From: an uncultured Gemmatimonadales bacterium
GTDB lineage: Bacteria; Gemmatimonadota; Gemmatimonadetes; Gemmatimonadales; GWC2-71-9
Length of the DNA: 64,000 nucleotides
Reading direction: 5' to 3'
NCBI GenBank assembly: GCA_963730185.1
Contig: CAVSQW010000002.1
Span: 128,001 to 192,000, forward strand
A model generated the notes under the pieces. The model saw only the letters and a list, made by a program, of their open reading frames with translations, made no database searches and had not been told where the DNA came from. Made by a program: the position numbers and the translations under genes. Position 1 is the first letter of the stretch. Every line of letters starts with the position of its first letter. Positions 32,420 to 42,396 of the stretch are shown here, one piece after another.

Positions 32420-33286
32420 GTGGCCCGTTCGCTCATCCTGGCGGTGCTCGCCCTGGCGGCGTGCCGCCGCCCGCTTCCGACCCACGGCCCCATCGTCCTC
32501 ACCGACGACGCCCAGGCCCGGGTGGTCCTGCCGGGGCCGGCCCGCCGGGTCGTCTCGCTCATGCCCGCCACCACCGAGCTCCTCTTTGCGCTGGGCGCCG
32601 CCTCGGCGCTGGTCGGCCGGACCCGCTGGGCCGACTATCCGGCGGAGGCCCTCGAGCGGCCCAGCGTGGGTGACGGGATGGCGCCTAACGTCGAGTCCGT
32701 CGCCGCGCTCGATCCTGACCTGGTCGTCGCCTACCTCTCCCCCTCCAACGGGCAACAGGTCGAGCGCTTCCGCTCGCTCGGGATTCCCGTGTTGCAGCTG
32801 GCCTTGAATCGGCTCGAGGACTTCGACCGGGCGGCCCGGCTGCTGGCGGCCGCCGTCGGGCGGCCGGCCGCGGGCGACAGCCTCACCGGGGTGGTGCGGG
32901 ACGAGCTGGCCCGGGTCACCGTGCGCCGGCGGCTCCCGCCCCGGATCTTCGTGCTGGCCTGGGACCAGCCCCCGATGACGCTCGGGGCGGGGAGCTTTCT
33001 GAGCGAGATCGTGGCCCGGGCCGGCGGGGTGAACGTCTTCGGCGACGAGGCGGCGCCCTCCTTCACCGTCAGCATCGAGGCGGTGGCCAGGCGAAACCCC
33101 GATCTCATCCTCCTCACCGGCGACGAGGCGCCCGACTGGGCCAAGCGGCCGGAGTGGCAGGTGGTCCGGGCGGTGCGGGAGCGGCACTTCCTTCGGGTCA
33201 CCGGCTCGGAGTTCAACCGGCCCAGCCCGCGGGTGGCCTACGCGGTGGCCGCCCTGGCCGACTCGCTCACCCGGTTGGGCTGGTGA
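32420..33286 (+). CDS. btuF: Cobalamin ABC transporter substrate-binding lipoprotein, BtuF-like
   Basis: Lipobox LAAC, RVVSLMPATTE, PNVE..LDPDLV and RPSPR. Directly follows the riboswitch. Confidence 0.85.
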   Translation: MARSLILAVLALAACRRPLPTHGPIVLTDDAQARVVLPGPARRVVSLMPATTELLFALGAASALVGRTRWADYPAEALERPSVGDGMAPNVESVAALDPDLVVAYLSPSNGQQVERFRSLGIPVLQLALNRLEDFDRAARLLAAAVGRPAAGDSLTGVVRDELARVTVRRRLPPRIFVLAWDQPPMTLGAGSFLSEIVARAGGVNVFGDEAAPSFTVSIEAVARRNPDLILLTGDEAPDWAKRPEWQVVRAVRERHFLRVTGSEFNRPSPRVAYAVAALADSLTRLGW

Positions 33287-34248
33287 AGGCCCTGGTCCTG
33301 GCACTCGCCTCGGTGGCGGCGCTCGCGGCGGGCGTGGCCGTCGGGGCGATCGACTTCGCCCCGGGCCGTCTCGTCGCCGCGCTGGCCCATCCCGGCACGG
33401 CCGACGGCATCATTCTCTGGGGCCTTCGGGTTCCCCGCGTCCTCCTGGCTTTCCTGGTGGGAGGCGCGCTCGGCGTCTCCGGCGCCGCCCTCCAGGCGCT
33501 GGTCCAGAACCCGCTGGCCGAGCCCTACCTCCTGGGGATCTCGGGCGGCGCCGGGCTGGCGGCCGTGGGGGCGATCGCTCTCGGCGTGGCCGGCACCTGG
33601 ACGGTGCCGCTGGCCGCCTTCGTCGGTGCCCTGGTCGCGGCCGGCGTGGTCTACCGCCTGGCCCTGGTTCAGTCGAGCCGCCTCGAGGCGCGGGTCCTGA
33701 TCCTGGTGGGGGTGGTGGTGGCCGCCTTCTGTGGGGCGATCATGTCGGCGCTCCTCAGCCTCACCCAGGCGCCCCGGCTCCGGAATGCCATGCTCTGGCT
33801 CATGGGCGGCTTCGGGTCGTCGAGCTGGCCCGCGGTCGAGGCCTTCGCCGCCTACGCCGTGCTGCCGCTCGTTCTCCTCTTCCTCAGCGCCCGATCGCTC
33901 GATCTCCTGGCCCTCGGTGACGAGCCCGCCCACGCCCTCGGCGCCGACGTCGAGCGCACCAAGCGGCTGGTGTACGTGACCACGTCGCTGCTCACGGCGG
34001 CCAGCGTGGCGGTGAGCGGGATGATCGGCTTCGTCGGCTTGGTGGCGCCTCACGCGCTCCGCGGCTGGGTCGGGCCGATCCACCGCCGGCTCCTGCCGGC
34101 CGTGTTCGTCGCCAGCGGGGCGCTCCTGGTGCTGGCCGATATGGTGGCCCGGACGCTGCTCCGGCCGGCCGAGCTGCCGGTCGGGGCGATCACCGCCCTG
34201 ATCGGGGTGCCGCTCTTCGCGGTGCTCGTCCGGCGGAGCCTCCGCTGA
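33283..34248 (+). CDS. btuC: FecCD/BtuC-family permease
   Basis: LRVPR, QNPLAEPYLLG, GMIGFVGLVAPH and ELPVGAITALIG. Confidence 0.88.
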   Translation: MKALVLALASVAALAAGVAVGAIDFAPGRLVAALAHPGTADGIILWGLRVPRVLLAFLVGGALGVSGAALQALVQNPLAEPYLLGISGGAGLAAVGAIALGVAGTWTVPLAAFVGALVAAGVVYRLALVQSSRLEARVLILVGVVVAAFCGAIMSALLSLTQAPRLRNAMLWLMGGFGSSSWPAVEAFAAYAVLPLVLLFLSARSLDLLALGDEPAHALGADVERTKRLVYVTTSLLTAASVAVSGMIGFVGLVAPHALRGWVGPIHRRLLPAVFVASGALLVLADMVARTLLRPAELPVGAITALIGVPLFAVLVRRSLR

Positions 34249-35033
34249 TGCTGACGGCCCGGGCGGTGACGGTCAGATATCCAGGCGCGGACCGCCCGGC
34301 CCTGTCGGAGGTGTCGGCCGCGGGCGCGGCGGGCCGGCTCCTGGCCGTGGTGGGCCCCAACGGGTGCGGCAAGACCACCCTGCTCCGGGCGATGCTCGGG
34401 CTGTTGAGCCCGGAGAGCGGCGCGGTCGAGCTCGACGGCCGCCCCATCCACGCCTGGGCGGCCCGGGACCGAGCCCGCCTGGTCGGGGCGGTGGCCCAGC
34501 GGGAGGAGTTCCCATTCGCTTGGCGGGTCGACGAGGTGGTCATGTTCGGCCGGTATCCCTGGCTCGGATCGATTCAGCCGCCTGGTGCCCATGACCGCGA
34601 GGTGGTGAGGACCGCGATGGCGCGCTGCGACATCGGCGATCTGGCCGCCCGGCGGATCGACACCCTCTCGGGGGGGGAATGGCAGCGGGTCCGGGTGGCC
34701 CGGGCCCTCGCCCAGGAGCCCCGGGTGCTGGTGCTCGACGAGCCGACCGCGGCGCTCGACCTGGGGCACGAGATGGAGATCTTCGAGCTGATCCGGACCC
34801 TGGTCGACGCCGGCCTGGTCGGCATCGTGGTCACCCATCACCTGAATGTCGCGGCCCGCTACGCCGACGAGATGCTCCTGCTCGCCCAGGGACGGACGGT
34901 GGCCCAGGGTGATCCCGAGACCGTGCTGGACCCGGGCCGACTCTCGGAGACCTTCGGCTGGCCGATTCGGGTCATCCCGGGCCCGGACGGAGCTCCCCAG
35001 GTGGTGCCGGTCCGGCGTGAGCGCCCCGGGTGA
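34248..35033 (+). CDS. btuD: ABC ATPase, BtuD/FepC-like
   Basis: GPNGCGKT, LSGGE and VLDEPT. Confidence 0.88.
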   Translation: MLTARAVTVRYPGADRPALSEVSAAGAAGRLLAVVGPNGCGKTTLLRAMLGLLSPESGAVELDGRPIHAWAARDRARLVGAVAQREEFPFAWRVDEVVMFGRYPWLGSIQPPGAHDREVVRTAMARCDIGDLAARRIDTLSGGEWQRVRVARALAQEPRVLVLDEPTAALDLGHEMEIFELIRTLVDAGLVGIVVTHHLNVAARYADEMLLLAQGRTVAQGDPETVLDPGRLSETFGWPIRVIPGPDGAPQVVPVRRERPG

Positions 35034-35114
35034 GGGGACCCGCCGCGGCCGCCGGCGGGCCGGCTGTGGGCGGGGAGTTGCTCGGGGCGTCGCGGGCCGG
35101 ATATTGTTGTTCCG

Positions 35115-36212
35115 ATGGGACGGGTTCGAGAACGCTGGTCGCTCCTGCTGGGTCTGGCCGTCGCGTGGGGTTGCGCGCCGACCACCGCGCCCACGCCTCC
35201 ACCCGAGGAGACTCTCCTCGTCGTGAACGGGGGCGAGAACTCCCTCACCCTGGTCCCCACCGATCTCTCCAAGCCGACCCGGCGGATCTCCCTCGGCACC
35301 TGGCCGGGCGTCGCCCAGCGGGTCGACGGCCGGGGCGACGTCGCCCTGGTGACCGGCGGCACCTCCGACGTCCTCTTCGTGATCGACCTGGTGAACGGCC
35401 GGCTGGAGCGGACCATCCCGCTCGAGCCGGGCTCGAATCCGACCGGCGTGGCCATCATCGACCAGACGGTCGCCTACGTCACCAACGAAGGCCGTAACAC
35501 GGTCACCCGGGTCGACTTCACCACCGGCGACACCGCCAGCGTGGACGTCGGGGTGGTGCCGCGCGACGTGGTCCTCACCCGCGGGTTCGTCTTCGTCGTC
35601 AACGCCAACGTGGGACCCTGCGATACCGTGCCGATCTGCCCGTTGGGGCCGAGTTGGCTCTCGGTCGTCGACCCCCGGCAGAACGCGCTCGCCACCGGCC
35701 GCGACTCGATTCCCCTGCCCGGCGACGGCGACGCCCGCTGGGCCGACGTCGGCGGCGACGGCCTGATCTACGTCATCAACGCCGGCGACGAGGCCGTCGG
35801 CCAGCCCGGCCGGCTCGCGATCGTCGATCCGGTCCGCCGGGAAGAGGTCGGCAGCTTCGCCGGGTTTGGGTTTCTGCCCACCAGCATCGCCTCCGACGGC
35901 GGCGAGCGGCTCTATGTCACCTCGACCATCGACGGCCTGATGGAGTTCAACACCCGGACCCGCCGGGTGGTCCGGGGTGCCGGGAGCGGGGTGCTGGCCG
36001 TGGACGCCGTCGCCGTCGCGGTCGATTCCCGAGGCTCGGTCTACGCCCTCGAGTCCGGTGGCTGTGCCGCCGGCTCCCGAGGCCGCCTCCGGGTCTTCCG
36101 AACCGATCTCACCGAAGCCCGGAACATCGTGATGGGCGAATGCCCGACCGCGGCCTCGATCGTCCAGGTCCCCACCTCCCCGATCACGCCCGAAACCCAC
36201 GTGTCCCGGTGA
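35115..36212 (+). CDS. YncE/YVTN-type beta-propeller lipoprotein
   Basis: Lipobox AWGC, repeated blades (LVVNG..NSLTLV, AYVTN..NTVTRVD, VFVVN, IYVIN, LYVTS, VYAL). Confidence 0.8.
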   Translation: MGRVRERWSLLLGLAVAWGCAPTTAPTPPPEETLLVVNGGENSLTLVPTDLSKPTRRISLGTWPGVAQRVDGRGDVALVTGGTSDVLFVIDLVNGRLERTIPLEPGSNPTGVAIIDQTVAYVTNEGRNTVTRVDFTTGDTASVDVGVVPRDVVLTRGFVFVVNANVGPCDTVPICPLGPSWLSVVDPRQNALATGRDSIPLPGDGDARWADVGGDGLIYVINAGDEAVGQPGRLAIVDPVRREEVGSFAGFGFLPTSIASDGGERLYVTSTIDGLMEFNTRTRRVVRGAGSGVLAVDAVAVAVDSRGSVYALESGGCAAGSRGRLRVFRTDLTEARNIVMGECPTAASIVQVPTSPITPETHVSR

Positions 36213-36238
36213 CCGGTGCTCCGGGCCGGGTCTCCCGG

Positions 36239-36973
36239 ATGGCGGGGGTGAGCCTGGTCCTCCTGGGGCTCGCCGGATGCGGCGCGCTCGACGTCGTGGT
36301 CCCGCCCGCCGACGACTCGGCCATCCCGGTGGAGCGGCGGGAGCGGTATCGCGACGATGCGGCCCGGATCGTGGTCCGGAGCTTGCCCGACGGGTACGGG
36401 GCCGAGCTGCCGGCCGCCGCCCTCGCGAGCCTCTACGCCCGCCTGGTGCTGGTCGACAACGCCCTCGGCATCCGAGGGCGCGATTCGGTGGTGGAGCTCT
36501 ACCGCATCCACGCCAGCACCCCCGCGGTGCACGACCTGCTGGTGGGGGTCGAGGGGTCGGCCCCCTGGGTGGCCGCGTGGCTCGACGGCCAGCCCCACAC
36601 CGGCGAACCGGCCGTCGACGTCCTGATGGACCAGTACGGCATTTCGATCGAGCGCTGCTACCCCTTCGACGAGACCGTGCTCTGCTCGCTCCGAACCGGC
36701 CGGCCGGTCTTCGTGCCGACCGTGGCGCGGGAGTTCGCCGCCGCCGGCCGGGGCATCCGCTACGCCGAGCCCGACGGGGCGGTCGGCTCGAGCACCGAGA
36801 TCCGGGCCACCCGCGAGGCCGATGCCGTGGTGCTCGAGTACCTGGTCGGCTGGGGCGACTGCCCGGCCGGGTGCCTGGCCGGCCACTCCTGGCGCTACCG
36901 GGTCTACGACGACGGCCGGGTGGAATTCGTCTCCAGTACTGGTCCCAAGCCGCCACTCGTTCCGGGGTCCTGA
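36239..36973 (+). CDS. Hypothetical lipoprotein with GWGDCPAGC motif
   Basis: Lipobox LAGC, YAEPDG and GWGDCPAGC. Alternative GTG start at 36209 overlaps the upstream stop. Confidence 0.7.
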   Translation: MAGVSLVLLGLAGCGALDVVVPPADDSAIPVERRERYRDDAARIVVRSLPDGYGAELPAAALASLYARLVLVDNALGIRGRDSVVELYRIHASTPAVHDLLVGVEGSAPWVAAWLDGQPHTGEPAVDVLMDQYGISIERCYPFDETVLCSLRTGRPVFVPTVAREFAAAGRGIRYAEPDGAVGSSTEIRATREADAVVLEYLVGWGDCPAGCLAGHSWRYRVYDDGRVEFVSSTGPKPPLVPGS

Positions 36974-36998
36974 CTCCCAAGCGGCTAGATTCCGACCG

Positions 36999-37766
36999 AT
37001 GCCGCCGGTCGAAACAGCCGCCACCGTGCTCTCCACCATCGCCTACGGCGAGACGTCTCGCATCGCTCGACTCGCGACCGCGGACCTGGGGGTGGTGAGC
37101 GTCATCGCCAAGGGTGCCCGCCGCCCCAAGAGCCGGTTCGGCGCCGCCCTCCAGGCGCTGAGCGAAGGCTCCGCCTCGATTCTTCCGGCCCGAACCAGCG
37201 ATCTCCATACCCTGACCGCCTTCGACGTCACCCGGGTCCGGAGTGCCCTGGCATCCGATCTGGAGCGGTACGCCATGGCATCCGTCCTGGGCGAGCTGAT
37301 GCTCCGGCTCGGCTCCCAGGAGGGCCACCCGGAGATCTATGCCTTCTTCCGCCACGCGCTCGACCTCCTGGAGATGGGGCCCGCCGACTCGGTGGGCGTG
37401 CTGGGACTCCGGACCGCGTGGGGCCTGGTGGCGCACCTGGGCTTCGCGCCGAGCCTCGATCGGTGCGTCCGGAACGGCGTCCCGGTCGATACCTCGGTTG
37501 AGGTGGCGTTCTCGGCCCGCGAGGGCGGCGTGCTCTGTCCGGAGTGCGCCCGAGGGGTCGAGGCGACCCGTCTGACCCCCGCCAACCAGACCGACCTCCG
37601 GGTTCTGATCCGGGGCGACGACGATCTGCCCGATCTCGACGGGCGTCACCTCGGCGCCCACCGCCGGTTGATCGAGCACTACATCCGTCATCATCTGGCC
37701 GAAGGCGCCCAGCTGCCGGCCCTGGCCTTCTGGGCCGACCGGTCCTGGCGGGCCGCTCCGCGATGA
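36999..37766 (+). CDS. recO: DNA repair protein RecO
   Basis: YGETSRI, IAKGARRPKSRFGAALQ, GFAPSLDRC and GGVLCPEC. Confidence 0.93.
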   Translation: MPPVETAATVLSTIAYGETSRIARLATADLGVVSVIAKGARRPKSRFGAALQALSEGSASILPARTSDLHTLTAFDVTRVRSALASDLERYAMASVLGELMLRLGSQEGHPEIYAFFRHALDLLEMGPADSVGVLGLRTAWGLVAHLGFAPSLDRCVRNGVPVDTSVEVAFSAREGGVLCPECARGVEATRLTPANQTDLRVLIRGDDDLPDLDGRHLGAHRRLIEHYIRHHLAEGAQLPALAFWADRSWRAAPR

Positions 37767-39607
37767 TCGTCGGCACCGCGGGGCACATCGACCACGGCAA
37801 GTCGGCGCTGGTGACCGCCCTGACCGGCCGGACCGTGGACCGGCTGGCCGAGGAGAAGCGGCGCGGCATCACCATCGAGCTCAACTTCGCGCCGCTCCTC
37901 TTCGACGGGCTGCCGCCGGCCGGGATCGTCGACGTGCCGGGCCACGAGGACTTCGTCCGGATGATGGTGGCCGGCGCCTCGGGGATCGACCTGGTGCTGC
38001 TGGTGATCGATCTTGGCGAGGGAGCCCGGCCCCAGACCGAGGAACACCTGGCCGTGCTGGAGCAGCTCCGGATTCCTCGGGGCATCCCGGTGTTCACCAA
38101 GGTGGACCTGGTGGAGCCGGCCTGGGCCGAGTTGGTGGTCGACGACGTGATGGAGCGACTCCGGGCCAGTACGGTTCGGTTCGACGAGCCGGCCATCGTG
38201 TCGGCCAGGACGGGGCAGGGCATCGACCCGCTCCGCGCCCGGCTTCGGACCGAGGTGGAGCAGGCCAGAGAGCGGGCCGGCGACGACGCCTTCCGGCTGC
38301 CGGTCGACCGGGTGTTCTCCCTGGCCGGGGTCGGCACCGTCGTTACCGGGACCGCCTGGTCCGGCACCCTCCAGGTCGGCGACACGGTCGCGATCCTTCC
38401 GAGCGGCCGCGAGGCGCGGGTCCGCTCGATCGAATCGTACGGCGAGCACCGCGACACCGCCCTCCCGGGCAATCGGGTCGCCCTCGGCCTCACCGGTGTG
38501 GACCGTGACGAGGTGGCGCGGGGCGCGGTGGTGGTGGACCGGCGGATTCCCTGGCGCACCACCACCAGCTTCGACGCCGAGGTCGAGCTGCTGCCCTCCG
38601 CCGGACGGCCGCTGGCCCAGAGGTCCCGGGTCAGGGTGCACCTCGGCACCGCCGAGACGCTCGGCCGGGTCTATCCGAGAGGGGCGATCGAGCCGGGCGG
38701 CCGAGGCCTGGCCCGGATCGCGCTCGAAGCGCCGGCCGTGGTGCGGGGCGGAGACCGGATCGTGCTCCGGAGCTACAGTCCGGTCACCACGATCGGCGGA
38801 GGCCGGGTGCTGGATCCCGATCCGCCTCGCGGTGCCCCCTGGCCCGAGACGCTCTCCGCCGAGGACGCCGCGCCCCGCCTCACCGCCCTGGTCTCCCGCC
38901 GCCGGCGCGGTCTGGCCCGGACCGAGGTCGAGCAGACCCTTGGCGTTCGGCCCGGCGAGGTCGCGACGGTGGTCCGCGCCGCTCCGGCGATCGTCGACCT
39001 GGCCGGCACCCTGTTTCCGGCCGAGGTGGTGAGGCAGCGGGGCGACCGCCTGGGTGAGCTCTTGGCCGAGCACCACCGGCAGGCTCCGGCGGAGGCGGGT
39101 CTCTCGCTGGAGGCGGTGCGCCGCCGGCTGGGCCTCCCGCCGGCCGCGGCCGAGGCGCTGCTCGACCGGCTGGAGCGGGATGGCGCCCTCGTCCGCCGCG
39201 AAGGGGTGGCGGCCTTGCCCTCATTCCGGCCGCGCATCGAAGGGGGCGAAGCGGCGATCGGGCGGCTGGTCGAGCGGCTGGTCGCGGCCGCCCTGGAGCC
39301 GCCGACTCTGGCCGAGCTGGCCGACGAGCTCGAAGTGGACAGCGTGGTTCCGCTGGTCCGGCAGGCGGTGGACCGAGGGGCGATCGCCGCCGTGGAACGG
39401 GATCGCTACTTCAGCGTCGGCGCGCTGGAGCGGTTCCGCGCCACCCTCGACGAGCTCGGCCGTGAAGGCTCCATTACCCCGGCCGCGATCCGGGAGCGCC
39501 TCGGCCTTTCGAGAAAGTTCACGATTCCGCTGCTGGAATGGGCCGATCGGCAGGGCATTACCCGGCGGGTCGGAGACGCCCGCGTCCTCACCGGATCTGG
39601 CAGATGA
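37763..39607 (+). CDS. selB: Selenocysteine-specific elongation factor
   Basis: MIVGTAGHIDHGKS, EEKRRGITIEL, DVPGHE, PQTEEH and winged-helix end GLSRKFTIPLLE. Confidence 0.96.
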   Translation: MIVGTAGHIDHGKSALVTALTGRTVDRLAEEKRRGITIELNFAPLLFDGLPPAGIVDVPGHEDFVRMMVAGASGIDLVLLVIDLGEGARPQTEEHLAVLEQLRIPRGIPVFTKVDLVEPAWAELVVDDVMERLRASTVRFDEPAIVSARTGQGIDPLRARLRTEVEQARERAGDDAFRLPVDRVFSLAGVGTVVTGTAWSGTLQVGDTVAILPSGREARVRSIESYGEHRDTALPGNRVALGLTGVDRDEVARGAVVVDRRIPWRTTTSFDAEVELLPSAGRPLAQRSRVRVHLGTAETLGRVYPRGAIEPGGRGLARIALEAPAVVRGGDRIVLRSYSPVTTIGGGRVLDPDPPRGAPWPETLSAEDAAPRLTALVSRRRRGLARTEVEQTLGVRPGEVATVVRAAPAIVDLAGTLFPAEVVRQRGDRLGELLAEHHRQAPAEAGLSLEAVRRRLGLPPAAAEALLDRLERDGALVRREGVAALPSFRPRIEGGEAAIGRLVERLVAAALEPPTLAELADELEVDSVVPLVRQAVDRGAIAAVERDRYFSVGALERFRATLDELGREGSITPAAIRERLGLSRKFTIPLLEWADRQGITRRVGDARVLTGSGR

Positions 39608-39642
39608 CCGGTCGAGCCAGGCTGCCGTTCAGGCAGGGATGG

Positions 39643-39659
39643 CCGGTATGCGACTTGCC
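39643..39659 (+). promoter_or_regulatory. Putative sigma54 (-24/-12) promoter upstream of clpB
   Basis: CCGGTATGCGACTTGCC has GG-N10-GC with TTGC at -12. Confidence 0.55.
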
Positions 39660-39676
39660 TTTCCTATGCCCAGCAA

Positions 39677-39689
39677 TATCAATGAGTTG
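39677..39689 (+). promoter_or_regulatory. IHF consensus site
   Basis: TATCAATGAGTTG matches WATCAANNNNTTR exactly in a very GC-rich background. Confidence 0.55.
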
Positions 39690-39765
39690 AGCAGTCGTCT
39701 CCCGAGTGGGCCGGCAGTCGTGCCATGCACCGGGAGGCGCGTGAGCGCATGAGGAGGACGTGACG

Positions 39766-42396
39766 ATGATCCGCCCAGACCGGATGACGATCAAAGGCCA
39801 GGAGGCCTTCCGCGACGCGATCGCCCTGGCGAAAGAGCGCGGGAATCCCGTGGTCAACGACACCCACCTGCTGGCCGCCCTGTTGGCCCAGGACGAAGGC
39901 GTGGTCCAGCCGCTGCTCCAGAAGGCGGGCCTGAACGTCGCCGCGTTCCGGGACGGGACGGCGCGCGCGCTCGACAAGCTCCCGAGCCAGTCGGGTGAGG
40001 TGGAGCCCACCTTGAGTCGGGAGCTCCACCGGGTCTTCGACCGGGCCGAGAAGGACGCCAAGGCGATGGGCGACGCCTACCTCTCCACCGAGCACCTGCT
40101 CCTCTCGCTGGTGGAGGAGAAGGGCACCACCGCCCGGGAGCTGGTGAGCGCCGGCGACGTCTCGGCCGACGACCTGAAGGCCGCCCTGGCCGAGGTGCGG
40201 GGCGCTCACCGGGTTACCGACCAGTCGCCGGAAGAGAAGTACCAGGCCCTCGAGCGCTACACCAGGAACCTGACCGACCAGGCCCGGAAGGGAAAGCTCG
40301 ACCCGGTGATCGGCCGGGACGAGGAGGTTCGCCGGGTCATGCAGGTGCTCTCCCGCCGGACCAAGAACAACCCGGTCCTGATCGGCGAGCCCGGGGTGGG
40401 CAAGACGGCCATCGTCGAGGGTCTGGCCCAGCGGATCGTGGCCGGCGACGTGCCCGAGTCGCTCAAGGACAAGGAGATCGTGTCGCTCGACATGGGCCAG
40501 CTCCTGGCCGGCGCCAAGTACCGGGGCGAATTCGAGGAGCGCTTGAAGGCGGTGGTCAAGGAGCTGACCGAGGCCGAGGGCCGCTACATCACCTTCATCG
40601 ACGAGCTCCACACCATCGTCGGCGCCGGCGCGGCCGAGGGCGCGGTGGACGCGGGCAACATGCTCAAGCCCGCGCTGGCCCGGGGCGAGCTCCACGTGGT
40701 GGGCGCCACCACCCTCGACGAGTACCGGAAACACGTCGAGAAAGATCCGGCGCTCGAGCGGCGGTTCCAGCCGGTGCTGGTGGGGGCGCCGAGCGTCCCG
40801 GACACCATCGCGATCCTCCGGGGCCTCAAGGAGAAGTACGAGGTCCATCACGGCGTCCGGATCACCGACAACGCGCTGGTGGCCGCGGCCACGCTCTCCG
40901 ATCGCTACATCGGCGACCGGTTCCTGCCCGACAAGGCCATCGACCTGGTCGACGAAGCCGCCAGCCGGCTCCGGATCGAGATCGACAGCATGCCGCTGGA
41001 GATCGACGAGGTGGAGCGGAAGATCCTCCAGCTCGAGATCCAGCGGCAGGCGCTGCTCAAGGAAAAGGACAAGGCCGGGATCGAGCGCCGCGAGCTGGTG
41101 GAGCGGGAGATCGCCGAGCTCAAGGAGCAGTCGGCCGGGATGAAGGCGCAATGGCAGGCCGAGAAGGCCGCCATCCAGCAGCTCCAGGGCAAGAAGGCCG
41201 AGGTGGAGCAGCTCCGGAGCGAGGTGGAGCAGGTGAGCCGCCGGGGTGAGCTCCAGCGCGCCGCGGAGCTCCGCTATGGCCGGATTCCCGAGCTCGAGCA
41301 GCAGATCGAGAAGGACGAGAGCCGGCTGGCCCAGATCCAGGCCAGTGCCAAGTACCTGAAGGAAGAGGTCGACGCCGAAGACATCGCCGAGATCGTGGCC
41401 CGGTGGACCGGGATCCCCGTATCGAAGATGCTGGAGTCCGAGCGGGAGCGGCTCACCAAGCTGGAGGCGGAGCTGGCCGAGCGGGTGGTCGGCCAGCACG
41501 AGGCGGTCGAGGCCGTGTCCAACGCGGTCCGGCGGAGCCGGGCCGGTCTCCAGGACCCGAACCGGCCCACCGGCTCGTTCATCTTCCTGGGCCCCACCGG
41601 CGTGGGCAAGACCGAGACGGCGCGCGCTCTGGCCGAGTTCCTCTTCGACGACGAGCGGGCCCTGGTCCGGCTCGACATGTCGGAGTACATGGAGAAGCAT
41701 TCCGTGTCCCGGATGGTCGGCGCGCCGCCGGGCTATGTCGGCTACGAGGAGGGCGGCCAGCTGACCGAGGCGGTCCGCCGCCGGCCCTACAGCGTGGTGC
41801 TCTTCGACGAGATCGAGAAGGCCCACCCCGACGTCTTCAACGCCCTGCTCCAGGTGCTCGACGACGGGCGGCTGACCGACAGCCAGGGCCGGGTGGTCGA
41901 CTTCCGGAACACGGTGGTCATCATGACCTCGAACATCGGAAGCCAGTTCATCGTCGAGGCCGGCGCGGTGGCCTCCGAGGCCGACTGGGCCACGGTCGAG
42001 TCGCAGGTCCGGAGCGAGCTCCGGAAGCACTTCCGGCCCGAGTTCCTGAACCGGGTGGACGACATCGTGGTCTTCCGGCCCCTGAGCCGGGAGGACATCG
42101 CCCAGATCGTCGACCTCCAGGCGGCGCACCTGGACCGAATGGTCGAGGCCAAGGACATGCACCTCGAGCTTCGGCCCGCGGCCCGGCAGCTGATCGCCGA
42201 GCGGGGCTACGACCCGGTCTTCGGGGCTCGGCCTTTGAAGCGGGTCATCCAGCGGCTCCTCCAGAACCCGATCGCCAGCGCGATCCTGGAAGGCCGCTTC
42301 GGCCCGGGCGACACGATCGTGGTCGATCGCCAGGGCGACGAGCTCACCCTGGAGCGGCAGGAGGCTCCGGCCCCGACCGAGGCGGTGGGTGTCTAA
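39766..42396 (+). CDS. clpB: ATP-dependent chaperone ClpB
   Basis: Two AAA+ modules ([16 protein letters not shown]), coiled-coil M domain and GYVGY pore loop. GAGGAGG SD. Confidence 0.97.
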   Translation: MIRPDRMTIKGQEAFRDAIALAKERGNPVVNDTHLLAALLAQDEGVVQPLLQKAGLNVAAFRDGTARALDKLPSQSGEVEPTLSRELHRVFDRAEKDAKAMGDAYLSTEHLLLSLVEEKGTTARELVSAGDVSADDLKAALAEVRGAHRVTDQSPEEKYQALERYTRNLTDQARKGKLDPVIGRDEEVRRVMQVLSRRTKNNPVLIGEPGVGKTAIVEGLAQRIVAGDVPESLKDKEIVSLDMGQLLAGAKYRGEFEERLKAVVKELTEAEGRYITFIDELHTIVGAGAAEGAVDAGNMLKPALARGELHVVGATTLDEYRKHVEKDPALERRFQPVLVGAPSVPDTIAILRGLKEKYEVHHGVRITDNALVAAATLSDRYIGDRFLPDKAIDLVDEAASRLRIEIDSMPLEIDEVERKILQLEIQRQALLKEKDKAGIERRELVEREIAELKEQSAGMKAQWQAEKAAIQQLQGKKAEVEQLRSEVEQVSRRGELQRAAELRYGRIPELEQQIEKDESRLAQIQASAKYLKEEVDAEDIAEIVARWTGIPVSKMLESERERLTKLEAELAERVVGQHEAVEAVSNAVRRSRAGLQDPNRPTGSFIFLGPTGVGKTETARALAEFLFDDERALVRLDMSEYMEKHSVSRMVGAPPGYVGYEEGGQLTEAVRRRPYSVVLFDEIEKAHPDVFNALLQVLDDGRLTDSQGRVVDFRNTVVIMTSNIGSQFIVEAGAVASEADWATVESQVRSELRKHFRPEFLNRVDDIVVFRPLSREDIAQIVDLQAAHLDRMVEAKDMHLELRPAARQLIAERGYDPVFGARPLKRVIQRLLQNPIASAILEGRFGPGDTIVVDRQGDELTLERQEAPAPTEAVGV

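Noticed and set aside
34050..37694. 1214-aa minus-strand ORF and many similar long antisense ORFs (e.g. 39679-42162, 51076-53118)
   Set aside because: Shadow frames of well-supported genes in high-GC DNA, with no motifs and Arg/Pro/Gly-rich composition.
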